A stretch of DNA of 64,000 bases from an uncultured Gammaproteobacteria bacterium (GTDB lineage Bacteria > Patescibacteriota > Patescibacteriia > Magasanikbacterales > GWA2-37-8). The notes below the pieces were generated by a model. That model saw only the letters and a program-made list of their open reading frames with translations, was not told the DNA's origin and did not search any database. Location of the stretch: NCBI GenBank assembly GCA_964634875.1, contig CAZWKA010000008.1, positions 978-64,977 on the forward strand. The letters run 5' to 3'. Shown one piece after another: positions 46,380 through 56,560 of this stretch (position 1 is its first letter; each line of letters starts with the position of its first letter). The translations under genes and the position numbers were made by a program.

Positions 46380-48128
46380 CTAATTATGTGTTCGGTCTTT
46401 AATTTCTTGCTGTAACTTTTGGACAAAATCAGCGGCCATCATTTTAAGCTGCTCTTCTTGACCACGTACCCGAATTGTCCAAGTTTCTCCAGCTGCTTCA
46501 CGATCGCCAATAACTGCGATATACGGAATTTTTTGCCCAGCGGCCTTGCGGACTTTTTTACCCACTGTTTCATCTGTCTCATCAATCATTACCCGAATAC
46601 CAGCAGCTCTAAACTGCTGGGCTGCTGTTTTAGCAGCTTCAACATGCTTCGCTGAAACAGGCACGATACCGAGCTGTACTGGAGCTAACCACAAAGGAAA
46701 AGAACCGGCATAATGCTCAATGAGGATGCCCATAAAACGTTCAGGAGAACCAATGAGCGCGCGATGGATCATGACCGGATGTTTTTCAACACCATCAGCG
46801 TCGACATAGGTTAAACCAAACCGGACGGCCATATTGAGGTCAAGCTGCACTGTGGAAACCTGCCACTGTCGGCCAAGCGAATCTGTAGCCATAATGTCCA
46901 TCTTGGGACCATAAAAAGCAGCTTCCCCTTCGGCGGCCTCAAACTCAATTTTATTTTCTTCCAAAAGTTTTCTCAAGATCTGCTGGGCTTTTTCCCAAGT
47001 CGCGTCATCACCCAAATACTTTTCTTTTTGTGCTGGGTCGCGGAGCGATAAACGGATCCAGTATTTAAGGCCATACGTGGAAAGTGCTTTAGTAATAACT
47101 TTGAGCACAGCGTTAAATTCAACCTCAATTTGGTCTTCGCGGCAAAAACAATGCCCATCATCTTGAGAAAAACATCGGAGACGTGTCAAACCTGACAACT
47201 CACCAGGACGCTCATCACGGTACAGATTGGCGAAATCCGCAAAACGCAACGGCAGGTCTTTATAGCTGCGCATTTGTGAAGCATAGATCTGCGTATGCTG
47301 GGGGCAGTTCATCGGCTTTAAATAGAACTCCTCTTCCGAATAATGCGATACGACCCGGAACATATCGTCCTTGTACTTGTCATAGTGTCCCGAAATTTTA
47401 AACAATTCTGCCTTATTAACATTGGGAGTATGCACTTCTTCGAAACCAATTTCCTGGTTTAACTCACGTGAAAAACGGACAATCTCATTGCGAACTGCTG
47501 TACCCCGAGGCGTAAATAGCGGCATGCCGGGGCCGACTAAATCTGAAAAAACAAACAACTCTAATTCTTTGCCAAGCTTACGGTGGTCACGCTTTTTAGC
47601 TTCCGCCAAACGGGTAAGGTGCAGATCGAGCTCTTCGGCGGTTGGCCAAGCTGTACCATAAATACGAGTTAGCATTTTATTTTTTTCATCCCCTCGCCAA
47701 TAAGCCCCTGCAATCGACAACAATTTAAAATATTTCAACTCACTGCTCGGATTTTCACTGTGCCCACCACGACAGAGATCGGAGTAGGTTCCAGAGGTGT
47801 AGAACGTAAGTGTCTGTCCTTCACCCGCAAATTCATTAATTAATTCTTCTTTATATTCATTGTCTTTATAAAATTCTTTGGCCTCAGCCACACTTACTTC
47901 TTTACGTTCAAATCCTGTCCAGGTTGGAACGAGCGCATGCATTTTTTCTTCCAAACGAACAAGGTCTTCTTCGGTGATTTTTTCAAGACCGAAATCAAAA
48001 TCATAATAAAAACCATTTTCGATTGCCGGGCCAATAGTGCGCTTAGCATTTGGCCATAGTTCCAAAACTGCAGCGGCCAAAAGATGTGCAGCGGAGTGAC
48101 GGAGATGGTCAAGTTCTTCTTTGTTCAT
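46380..48128 (-). CDS. thrS: Threonine--tRNA ligase (no N-terminal TGS domain)
   Basis: LRHSAAH, DLCRGGH, RDHRKLG, KPMNCP, AFYGPK, MIHRA. Confidence 0.97.
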   Translation of the reverse strand: MNKEELDHLRHSAAHLLAAAVLELWPNAKRTIGPAIENGFYYDFDFGLEKITEEDLVRLEEKMHALVPTWTGFERKEVSVAEAKEFYKDNEYKEELINEFAGEGQTLTFYTSGTYSDLCRGGHSENPSSELKYFKLLSIAGAYWRGDEKNKMLTRIYGTAWPTAEELDLHLTRLAEAKKRDHRKLGKELELFVFSDLVGPGMPLFTPRGTAVRNEIVRFSRELNQEIGFEEVHTPNVNKAELFKISGHYDKYKDDMFRVVSHYSEEEFYLKPMNCPQHTQIYASQMRSYKDLPLRFADFANLYRDERPGELSGLTRLRCFSQDDGHCFCREDQIEVEFNAVLKVITKALSTYGLKYWIRLSLRDPAQKEKYLGDDATWEKAQQILRKLLEENKIEFEAAEGEAAFYGPKMDIMATDSLGRQWQVSTVQLDLNMAVRFGLTYVDADGVEKHPVMIHRALIGSPERFMGILIEHYAGSFPLWLAPVQLGIVPVSAKHVEAAKTAAQQFRAAGIRVMIDETDETVGKKVRKAAGQKIPYIAVIGDREAAGETWTIRVRGQEEQLKMMAADFVQKLQQEIKDRTHN

Positions 48129-48137
48129 AGTAAAAAA

Positions 48138-48677
48138 TTATTGTTTTGAATAAATGCTCGGTAAGTTTCGTTTTAATTGTTTATGATCAAGCCCGTAACC
48201 AATGACAAAATTATTGGGAATACTGAAACCGATATATTCAATTGGGGTGCTGAACTTGAAGCATTCATGCTTGAAGAGCAGCGTTGCCACGCGCACACTC
48301 TTGGCTCCAGCATCTTCGACATGCTGACGTAAAAAATGTATTGTTTGGCCACTATCCACAATATCTTCAACAATCACTACGTCGCGCCCAGCGAGCGAAA
48401 CTCCCGGTGCTTGTATTAACTCTACAGTACCCGAAGAAACCTCTTCGTTACCATAACTTTTTACCCGAACATAATCAATCTCCAGATCAATCGTCTGTAT
48501 TTCGCGCACCAGATCAGCCAAGAAAATCACAGCGCCCTTCATTACCGCCAAAACAACTGGCGTACTACCAGATAAGTCACGCTCAATTTCTATAGCTAAT
48601 TCTTTGATTCTGTCCTTAATTATAGTCTCTGTATAGAGCTCTTTAAAGACCGTGCCGTCACTGTGGAGTGTATTCAT
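48138..48677 (-). CDS. hpt: Hypoxanthine phosphoribosyltransferase
   Basis: MKGAVIFLADL, VIVEDIVDSGQT, FVIGYGLD, RNLP. Confidence 0.94.
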   Translation of the reverse strand: MNTLHSDGTVFKELYTETIIKDRIKELAIEIERDLSGSTPVVLAVMKGAVIFLADLVREIQTIDLEIDYVRVKSYGNEEVSSGTVELIQAPGVSLAGRDVVIVEDIVDSGQTIHFLRQHVEDAGAKSVRVATLLFKHECFKFSTPIEYIGFSIPNNFVIGYGLDHKQLKRNLPSIYSKQ

Positions 48678-48681
48678 AGAT

Positions 48682-48855
48682 AAAAATACCCCGATGCCTC
48701 CTACGAAAGAGACATCGGGGTCTTAAGGATATTAAGACGGTTCCACCCGAATAGTTAGCTTTTAACCAAATTGTCCTGTACACCCTGACATTGTCAGCAC
48801 TAAGAGTGGTACCATACCGAACAGGGCTGGGCTGGTTCTTAGCCAGATGTACTAA
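48682..48855 (-). ncRNA. Compact T-box riboswitch (probably Thr-specific) with terminator
   Basis: Antiterminator CGGG-UGGAACC-GUCUUAA...UUAAGAC-CCCG overlapping terminator ACCCCGAUGUCUC/GAGGCAUCGGGGU-AUUUUU; ACC specifier candidates; upstream of hpt-thrS; TTGACA at 48888-48883. Confidence 0.82.
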
Positions 48856-48892
48856 GCTATTTTTATCAAAAAAGAGCCGACCTGTCAAATCA

Positions 48893-50032
48893 CTAATTCA
48901 TATTTTTAACCACAACCTTAATGCGGTCTGGAACACTCGGCGCACTCCGCATCCAGCCGGGTGAAAACTGCACGTCAACTCCCGAAACGTGGTCAAGCCC
49001 CAAAATATAACGCTGGATATCTTCCTTCTTTTTACCCAAAAAATTCTTAGCTAAAAGTTTATCTCCATTAGCATCAAGCGTTACAACCACATCCTGAGTA
49101 ACCGTTAAATCAGCCGTTGATCTCGTTATATCGTACGAACCAACATTAATCCGAGGTTCTTTGGTAAGCGATAATAATTTTTCTGACGAACTATCAAATT
49201 TGGTCGAGAGCTCGTCATTGATAAGTTTAGCCAGGTCAGCAGGATTGTAACTAACCACGAGAAGCGTATTGGTGCCTTGAACGCTGAAATTTGCCACTTC
49301 ATCGCCAACCTTTTGGCTGGCAGTGACGTCTTGGCCTACCAAAACAACCGCGCGGCTTGTACTAGTATCTTGGATGGTTGCTAAAAAGGCATCTTTTACT
49401 TTTTCTTTATAATCCTTAAGCGCATTGGCAATATCGTCTTCACTCAGCACACCAACTTTTTTGGCACCGCCAGTCATCGGTGCAGTACTTACAGCATAAA
49501 TGCTTTTTTGTTTTTCAAGCGCGAGCCCCGGGATAGTAAATTGGCTTGCCGGAATATCACTACCTGAACCTGGTACGTCAGCATACACCGTGGCATCAAG
49601 CTGGCCGTTTGCAGGCACAATAACCGTATCAGATAAACGGAATAAAATACCACTGGCCGTCAGGAGGCGGGTGGTCGCAACAAGTGTTTGTGGGGCACTG
49701 GTTTTGTTATAGAGCGTCACCTGCCCTCCGGCACCGCCTTCAACAACCTTAGTACCTGTTGGATAATATGTATTTGACCACACAAATTTGGTTGAGCTTA
49801 CCGTCCCTACGATCGCGGTTGCACCAGGGGTTTCGGACGCAACCCTTACCGTCAACGGCACGCTCTGGCTGTCTTCTTTAGAAACAACCACTATTGTTGC
49901 TTTTTTGGAAGTGATAAAAACAACCACGCCCAAAATTATAACGGTGAGGAATAAAAAAGACAGGGCAATGGTCTTGTAAAAACGTACTGGCGGCTCCGGG
50001 GCCGGGGCAGTTTCCATGCGACGGATCATCAT
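48893..50032 (-). CDS. Membrane-anchored baseplate-J-like hypothetical protein
   Basis: TM helix; VTLYN..QTLVATTRL..G..FRL..VIVPA..VYAD..G..FTIPGL pattern recognised from CPR proteins. Confidence 0.6.
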   Translation of the reverse strand: MMIRRMETAPAPEPPVRFYKTIALSFLFLTVIILGVVVFITSKKATIVVVSKEDSQSVPLTVRVASETPGATAIVGTVSSTKFVWSNTYYPTGTKVVEGGAGGQVTLYNKTSAPQTLVATTRLLTASGILFRLSDTVIVPANGQLDATVYADVPGSGSDIPASQFTIPGLALEKQKSIYAVSTAPMTGGAKKVGVLSEDDIANALKDYKEKVKDAFLATIQDTSTSRAVVLVGQDVTASQKVGDEVANFSVQGTNTLLVVSYNPADLAKLINDELSTKFDSSSEKLLSLTKEPRINVGSYDITRSTADLTVTQDVVVTLDANGDKLLAKNFLGKKKEDIQRYILGLDHVSGVDVQFSPGWMRSAPSVPDRIKVVVKNMN

Positions 50033-50106
50033 AGGGTAAAAAGTTACTTAAAAATTGGTAATAAATTATACATAGCATACCACAACTAGAGCTATGTAAA
50101 AAGTCC

Positions 50107-50175
50107 CCAATGTCAAAATCCTAATTTCTAATGTCAAATTTTTTGACATTTGGCATTACAACTTTGAAATTTCAT
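50107..50175. repeat. 7-bp-periodic palindromic element (family B)
   Basis: CCAATGT CAAAATC CTAATTT CTAATGT CAAA / TTTG ACATTTG GCATTAC; core AATGTCAAA/TTTGACATT. Confidence 0.65.
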
Positions 50176-51926
50176 TATTCAGTGACACGGAATACCTCTT
50201 CCACACTAGTAATCTTGTCGAGAGCTTTCAAAAGGCCATCCTGCACCATGGTTACCATCCCATTCTTAACGGCCAAATCCTGGATACTGTACTCTGAAAC
50301 TTGGGCACTCAAAATTACCTGCTCAATCTCTTTGCTCATAACAAAAATTTCATAAATACCAATACGACCTTTGTACCCCAGGCCGCTGCACGCTCCGCAA
50401 CCCTTTCCTTTATAAAAATGTAAGTTATTAAGGTCAACATTCTTCTTTTCCACTTCCGGCAACGTCTCAAATACTTGTTGTACGCGCTCGGCAAACTCCG
50501 GACCGAGTGGAGCCTCTTCCCGACATTTCTCACAAATACGGCGGACTAAACGTTGGCCAATAACCGAATTTAAAGCCGGAGCCAACAGAAACGGTTTCAC
50601 TCCCATCGACAAAAAACGAGGGATAGCGCCAGAGGCACTGTTGGTATGGATAGTTGAAAGCATTAAATGGCCAGTCAAGGCGGTTTGGATAGCGATTTCA
50701 GCTGTTTCGAGGTCACGGATTTCACCAACCATACAAATATCAGGATCCTGACGCAAAATACTTTTGAGCCCCTTAGCAAAAGTATAATCGTGAGCCGAAT
50801 CAACTTGACTCTGGTTTATGCCTTCCATCTTAATTTCCACCGGATCTTCCAGGGTAATGATATTAACACCCGGCTTATTAAGCGTACGAAGTATGGCGTA
50901 CATCGTAGTTGTCTTACCTGAACCCGTGGGACCAGTCGTAATAATCATGCCATTTGGGCGCTCAACTTCACGCTTTAGGCGGCTGTATGCATCGCCACGA
51001 AGCCCTAGGTCATCATAGGTAACTCCTTTACTACCGCTATGCAAAATACGCATAACCACACTTTCACCATACGTCGTCGGCATAGTTGAAACACGCACAT
51101 CCAGGCTGCTTGACGATAATTGCAGTGTTACCCGGCCATCCTGGGGCCGGTCAGAAACATTAATTTTTAAAGCAGCTAAAAGCTTGATGCGTGAAATAAA
51201 ACGTTTCCACTGCTCTTTAGGAAGTGTGGCCACATCATGCAATACACCATCGATACGGTAGCGCACCGCGATCCCCTTTTCTTCGGCCTCAACGTGCATG
51301 TCCGACGAGTTTACCTTAAGCGCCGACGCGATCATCAAGGTCAAGATATCAGTAATAGAAACATTCTTAAATTTTTCTTCAAGACTCGTAAGGTTTTCAA
51401 TGCCCACCCCAAATTTTTCTAACTCTTCGTCAGTAATGTTAATATCTTTAGTGATCGGTTTAACGATCGGCAGGTTCGCATAATAACCCAGTGCCTTTTC
51501 AAGGCTGTGCTCCGAAATAATATAGATACCAACTCGAGCGTGAACGCGTTCACCCAGCTGATAAGCCAATTCATCGAGCTCCGAGCTTTGGGCAAGTACG
51601 CCCAAGCGTAACTCATCACCGTTATAAAAAAAACAGACCATCCGGCGCTCCCGTGCCTCAGCTTCAGGCAGAACACGCAAGGCTTCGGCAGAGATTGGAA
51701 AACCAGTCAGGTCAATATACGGCAAACCAACGCCTGCCGCCTGACTTGCAACTAAATTTTCTTGTTCCTTCAAACCAATCTCTTTCATTTTTACCGCAAA
51801 CTTGCCCTCAGTGGTTTGGTTGTCAGGTAGTGCAGATGAAGCCTTTGAGCCTGGTTGACCAGGACCACCAGGCGTCCCTGGCGAAGTTTTTTTAACCAGA
51901 TCGCTAATTGACGGAAAATCAGACAT
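50175..51926 (-). CDS. pilB: Type IV pilus assembly ATPase (PilB/GspE family)
   Basis: PQDGR, GPTGSGKTTT, LEDPVE, LRQDPD, GEIRD, TGHL, tetracysteine motif. Confidence 0.9.
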   Translation of the reverse strand: MSDFPSISDLVKKTSPGTPGGPGQPGSKASSALPDNQTTEGKFAVKMKEIGLKEQENLVASQAAGVGLPYIDLTGFPISAEALRVLPEAEARERRMVCFFYNGDELRLGVLAQSSELDELAYQLGERVHARVGIYIISEHSLEKALGYYANLPIVKPITKDINITDEELEKFGVGIENLTSLEEKFKNVSITDILTLMIASALKVNSSDMHVEAEEKGIAVRYRIDGVLHDVATLPKEQWKRFISRIKLLAALKINVSDRPQDGRVTLQLSSSSLDVRVSTMPTTYGESVVMRILHSGSKGVTYDDLGLRGDAYSRLKREVERPNGMIITTGPTGSGKTTTMYAILRTLNKPGVNIITLEDPVEIKMEGINQSQVDSAHDYTFAKGLKSILRQDPDICMVGEIRDLETAEIAIQTALTGHLMLSTIHTNSASGAIPRFLSMGVKPFLLAPALNSVIGQRLVRRICEKCREEAPLGPEFAERVQQVFETLPEVEKKNVDLNNLHFYKGKGCGACSGLGYKGRIGIYEIFVMSKEIEQVILSAQVSEYSIQDLAVKNGMVTMVQDGLLKALDKITSVEEVFRVTE

Positions 51927-51945
51927 ACAGTTGTAATACAGAAAA

Positions 51946-52914
51946 CTAGTTAAGACGGACAGCTCGTTCTACAAAATGAATGATGCGGCTACCCACACCT
52001 TGGTGATGCATACGCATAAAGAAATACATCCAGGTACTGGTCGTAAAAGCATTAAAGATAGCTCCAACCACTCCAATCAGCAGGCCAAATAAAAAGAGTC
52101 CGACGATAAGTCCCAAAGTAAAAAGACCAAACGATCCTGTAAATCCAGCCGCCACCCAAATAAACCATGAGGGGACCAGTACAAGAAGCGCCCCCATATA
52201 GACAGCGCCTAAAAGACCCACATTACACAGCACCAAGAGCAGACTAAGCTCGAGCGAAACGAGCAGATGTTCTTCCAGTAGGCGAAGTCCTTCGGCGATT
52301 CCGGCTAGTAACGGGAAGTTATATTCGACAATATACCCTGCAGCGTAAATCGTCACTGCCGATACTGCGAGCATGCCCAAACCGGCAACTGAGATTACCA
52401 GAACCGTAGCCAAAAAACCCCCGACTGTTTCAGCACGAAAGTTACTCAGCAAATAAAAAGTTACCACCCACAAAGCGCCGCTGACAATTTTTTGCATGCC
52501 GTTAAGCGCGAGCAGTGGCCAAAACCGTCGGACCGATTTATGCCAAGCGCGGGCGAGTCGGGGCGATGTTTCATTCTTAAAATAATCTGCTGCCGCTGCA
52601 ATAAGTGCGCCCTGACCCAAAACAGCAACGACTAAAACCAAAACTGCTACCGCTAACATGATTACTACCAGCCAACTAAATAAAAAACCTTGTTCAACAG
52701 TCGTAATCTGCCATACTGGCCAGGATTCTGGCCAAGAAAAAGGGTTAATTGGCGCGGAAGTATTAGTACCCAGAAGTAATAATTGGCCGATAAAATGATT
52801 AAGACCAAATTGACCAACCAGCAAAGCCACAAGCCCAAAGATCCAGGTAATCTTATTGTGCCAGACAAAGCGCCATGATTTAAGGAGCGCATGACTATAC
52901 GTTGGCTCGTGCAT
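51946..52914 (-). CDS. Hypothetical multi-pass membrane protein
   Basis: Several hydrophobic helices; TATG start. Confidence 0.75.
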   Translation of the reverse strand: MHEPTYSHALLKSWRFVWHNKITWIFGLVALLVGQFGLNHFIGQLLLLGTNTSAPINPFSWPESWPVWQITTVEQGFLFSWLVVIMLAVAVLVLVVAVLGQGALIAAAADYFKNETSPRLARAWHKSVRRFWPLLALNGMQKIVSGALWVVTFYLLSNFRAETVGGFLATVLVISVAGLGMLAVSAVTIYAAGYIVEYNFPLLAGIAEGLRLLEEHLLVSLELSLLLVLCNVGLLGAVYMGALLVLVPSWFIWVAAGFTGSFGLFTLGLIVGLFLFGLLIGVVGAIFNAFTTSTWMYFFMRMHHQGVGSRIIHFVERAVRLN

Positions 52915-53141
52915 ACACGATTAATTAAAGTCTAAAAAAAGATATACTTTAGTATATCATATTTTATCTATTACCGCACCACACTGACAGCGAATAGTAT
53001 GGTGTCGAACTGCTAAACCAGGCCACGCCAGCTACCACTAAAGTAAAAAATCCTAACAAGAATCATCGGAAGATTGGTTTTTAGCACAACTCTTTTACAG
53101 CGAGATAGCGAAAAATGCTCCAGCAGTTGTGTTCCACAGTC

Positions 53142-53184
53142 ATTAAAAATCCCCCACACTCAGTTGAGTGGGGGGATTTTTAAT
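53142..53184 (-). terminator. Terminator after ftsH
   Basis: ATTAAAAATCCCCCAC/GTGGGGGATTTTTAAT. Confidence 0.85.
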
Positions 53185-53190
53185 CTAAAC

Positions 53191-55053
53191 TTATTTACCT
53201 ACGACCACCGGAGTCTTAGGAGGTGTTGGCCCCAAGATATCTGTAATATCGTCTTGTTCAATAGTTTCTTTTTCCATGAGCGCCGCAACCATTTTTTCCA
53301 TTGCCGGACGGTTTTTCGTGAGCACCTCCCGAGCACGACCTTCCGCTTCAGTAATTAAAACCAGGACTTCGGCGTCAATCATTTCAGCTGTTTTATCACT
53401 GTAATCACGTTCGCCATGCGATTCCCCGCCCAGAAAAACCATTTCTTCACGCTCACCAAATGTGCGCGGACCAAGCTTTGTACTCATACCATATTGAGTT
53501 ACCATGCCACGCGCCAGTTTAGTTGCATTACGCAAATCACTTGAAGGGCCGGTTGAAATATTTTCGTCTCCAAAAACCATCTTCTCAATCACATACCCTC
53601 CAAGTGACATGGCCAGATCATCACGGAATTGTGCGAGCGTATGATAATGCTTGTCTTCAATCGGCATTTTGAGCGTATACCCGCCCGCCGAACCACGCGA
53701 AATAATAGATACCTTGCGGACTGGGTCGCAATTTGGCAACAAATGACCAACAATCGCATGTCCGGCTTCATGATATGCGGTTACCTTCTTATCATAGTCA
53801 GAAATGACCCGGCTCTTACGTTCAGGGCCTAACAATACTTTTTCAATACTCGGCAAAATTTCATTCTCACTAACAACTTTTAAATTTTTACGAACCGTAA
53901 GGATGGCCGCTTCATTCAAAAGATTGGCGAGATCAGCCCCGGAGAAACCGGGCGTGCGCTCGGCTACTTTACGAAGGGACACTTCAGGTGCTAAAGGCTT
54001 ACCGGCTGCATGAATTTTCAAAATTTCTTCACGGTCTCGAATATCCGGCAAATCAATCGTTACCCGACGGTCGAACCGGCCAGGACGCAACAAAGCAGGA
54101 TCAAGCACATCTGGTCGATTGGTGGCCGCCATAATGATAACCCCTAAATTTGGTTCAAAACCATCCATTTCAACCAAAATTTGGTTCAATGTTTGTTCAC
54201 GCTCATCATGTCCGCCGCCCATACCAGCCCCGCGTCTTCGGCCAACCGCATCGATTTCATCAATGAAAATAATCGCAGGCGCAGCTTTCTTGGCCTTAGC
54301 GAACAAATCACGCACACGGCTCGCACCGACACCCACAAACATTTCCACAAACTCTGAACCACTCATATGGAAAAACGGCACATCCGCTTCACCGGCCACT
54401 GCTTTTGCAAGCAATGTCTTGCCCGTACCCGGCGAACCAGTCAACAGCACACCTTTAGGAATCTTTGCTCCGATGTCGGCAAATTTTTTAGGATCTTTCA
54501 AAAAATCAACAATTTCAACCAACTCTTCCTTAGCTTCTTTAGCGCCGGCAACATCTGCAAAAGTTTTTTTGTCTTTATCGTCCGGCTTAACCTGGCGGGG
54601 ATTACTTTGACCAAAACCCATCGCTTTATTGTTCATACCTTGCATGCCACGGGTCATGAAATATAAAAAACCAAGCAAAGCAATAATTGGCAGCGCTGGT
54701 AAAAGCAAATTAACCAACCAAAATCTCCAGGAACTTTCATCTTTTATTTCTACAGCCACCATTTTACGTGCCTCATCAGTAATACCGTAATTCTGAATAA
54801 TATCCCCAAAGGATTCTTGAGGTTCTTTCTTTGCTTGTTGCGGGGCAGCCTTGGGATCATTAAGCTCAATCGTCAGCGTATCTCCTTCAACAACAATTTT
54901 CTTGACCTGACCCGCGTTTATCTCTTCAGCCAATTGGTTGATACCAATTATCTCTGGTTTCTGGGCGCTCTTCCAATTAATAAGGCTCAAGCCCCCCGCC
55001 ACCAGAAGTAAAACACCTAAAATAAGTAAAAAATTCTTCAAAAAGTCTTTCAT
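53191..55053 (-). CDS. ftsH: ATP-dependent zinc metalloprotease FtsH
   Basis: Two TM helices, [24 protein letters not shown]. Confidence 0.97.
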   Translation of the reverse strand: MKDFLKNFLLILGVLLLVAGGLSLINWKSAQKPEIIGINQLAEEINAGQVKKIVVEGDTLTIELNDPKAAPQQAKKEPQESFGDIIQNYGITDEARKMVAVEIKDESSWRFWLVNLLLPALPIIALLGFLYFMTRGMQGMNNKAMGFGQSNPRQVKPDDKDKKTFADVAGAKEAKEELVEIVDFLKDPKKFADIGAKIPKGVLLTGSPGTGKTLLAKAVAGEADVPFFHMSGSEFVEMFVGVGASRVRDLFAKAKKAAPAIIFIDEIDAVGRRRGAGMGGGHDEREQTLNQILVEMDGFEPNLGVIIMAATNRPDVLDPALLRPGRFDRRVTIDLPDIRDREEILKIHAAGKPLAPEVSLRKVAERTPGFSGADLANLLNEAAILTVRKNLKVVSENEILPSIEKVLLGPERKSRVISDYDKKVTAYHEAGHAIVGHLLPNCDPVRKVSIISRGSAGGYTLKMPIEDKHYHTLAQFRDDLAMSLGGYVIEKMVFGDENISTGPSSDLRNATKLARGMVTQYGMSTKLGPRTFGEREEMVFLGGESHGERDYSDKTAEMIDAEVLVLITEAEGRAREVLTKNRPAMEKMVAALMEKETIEQDDITDILGPTPPKTPVVVGK

Positions 55054-55218
55054 AAACCTAAAAAATTAATGTACCAAATAACCATGCGACACTTTCTTAA
55101 TTTCTTAATTTTAGCCCATAAGTAAGAAAAAATCAAGGCCGCACTATATCTCAGAAAAGACCTAACTAAACACCCCTCCCAAGGACTTGCCTTAAGAGGG
55201 GTGGTATCAAATCATTCC

Positions 55219-56379
55219 TTATTCAGCAGCCTTTTCGGCTTCAGGTGCCTCAGCTTTGGCCGGAGCAGTCTTACGACCGCTTTTTCCTTTTACACCGACA
55301 GCTTTCAGGCCAAGACGGTGTTCGGCGGGTTCGAGCGACATAATCTCAAAATCCATTTCTTGACCGATTTTGAAGTGCTCGTTAATATTGGCAATTGGAG
55401 TGTCTGATAACTCAGAAATATGAGCGAGGCCATGGATATCTTTATCAAGGCCAACCATGAGGCCAAATGGTTCAATCTTGAGGATCTTGCCTTTGACTAC
55501 GTCGCCTTGTTTATATTTATCCTTAACACTCTTCCATGGATCGTCTATCAAACGTTTAATCGACAAGTAAATCTTGGAGTGATCGAGCTGGATGATCTGT
55601 GCCTTAACCTTATCCCCTACTTTCACCACGTCTTTCGGGTGATCAATACGTTGCCAAGCAATTTCGGAAATATGTACCAAGCCTTCTAGTCCTTCGCCAA
55701 ATTTAATGAAGGCACCAAACGACGTCAGCGCACTGATCTCGCCATTGACGACATCACCAACCTTATAAGATTCAAGAACTGCTTTTTGGGAATCTTCCCA
55801 AACAGCACGTTCGGAAACAATCAATTTCTCTTCCTTTTCATCAACATCAATAACTTTAACTTCCAATTCCTGACCAACAATTTCACGCAGTTTATCGAGG
55901 ATGCGATTTTTATCACCACCCGTTACGCGAGGATAATGATCAGGGTTAAGCTGCGACACTGGCATGAAGCCAGCAAGCGCTTCTACCTGCATCATAAGAC
56001 CACCTTTGTTAGCCGAAACAACCTTACCTTTAATAGTAACGCCTTCTTTCATTAACTTGATCATGCCATCCCAAGCCTTCTGGTAACCAGCGATACGGAA
56101 TGATAATTCCATTTCACAGTTTTCATTTTCCAGCTCGACAACAGTCGCTTCGACTTCGTCGCCAACGCGCAGACCAGAATACTCGCGGGATTCAGCAAAA
56201 AGCTCACGTCCACGGACAACGCCAGTGGTCATGCCTTCGACATCAATATGAATTTCACCTTTATCAACAGAAAGAACCTTGCCTTTAACGATTGCCCCTA
56301 CTTTAGGGATTTCGGTAAAGTGAGTCTGTAAAAGCGCTTTAAAATCTTGTTTTTTAGCCGTTTTATCGGTATCGGACAT
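55219..56379 (-). CDS. rpsA: 30S ribosomal protein S1 (4 S1 domains)
   Basis: NKGGL, FGAFI, EGLVHISEI, GLAHISEL; promoter TTGACA-17-TACGCT; terminator hairpin at about 55171-55203. Confidence 0.93.
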   Translation of the reverse strand: MSDTDKTAKKQDFKALLQTHFTEIPKVGAIVKGKVLSVDKGEIHIDVEGMTTGVVRGRELFAESREYSGLRVGDEVEATVVELENENCEMELSFRIAGYQKAWDGMIKLMKEGVTIKGKVVSANKGGLMMQVEALAGFMPVSQLNPDHYPRVTGGDKNRILDKLREIVGQELEVKVIDVDEKEEKLIVSERAVWEDSQKAVLESYKVGDVVNGEISALTSFGAFIKFGEGLEGLVHISEIAWQRIDHPKDVVKVGDKVKAQIIQLDHSKIYLSIKRLIDDPWKSVKDKYKQGDVVKGKILKIEPFGLMVGLDKDIHGLAHISELSDTPIANINEHFKIGQEMDFEIMSLEPAEHRLGLKAVGVKGKSGRKTAPAKAEAPEAEKAAE

Positions 56380-56560
56380 AAAAAAAATACTTGTTTATCC
56401 CGTCCGAGTTACATCTGGACTGAGTGCCCTTCACTAAAATGGAAAAGCTTGAGTATTTAGGTTATAAAAATAGCGTACCACCATTTTGAAGGGCTGTCAA
56501 GGCTTGCCGGGGTTCAAACAACGTGCTAGAATAACTGCATTCTTTAACCTGAATTTGTGT

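Noticed and set aside
56533-56550. boxA-like GCATTCTTTAAC in the leader of the MBL-fold gene
   Set aside because: Weaker match, right at the transcription start with no preceding hairpin; kept as a caution that the motif can arise by chance
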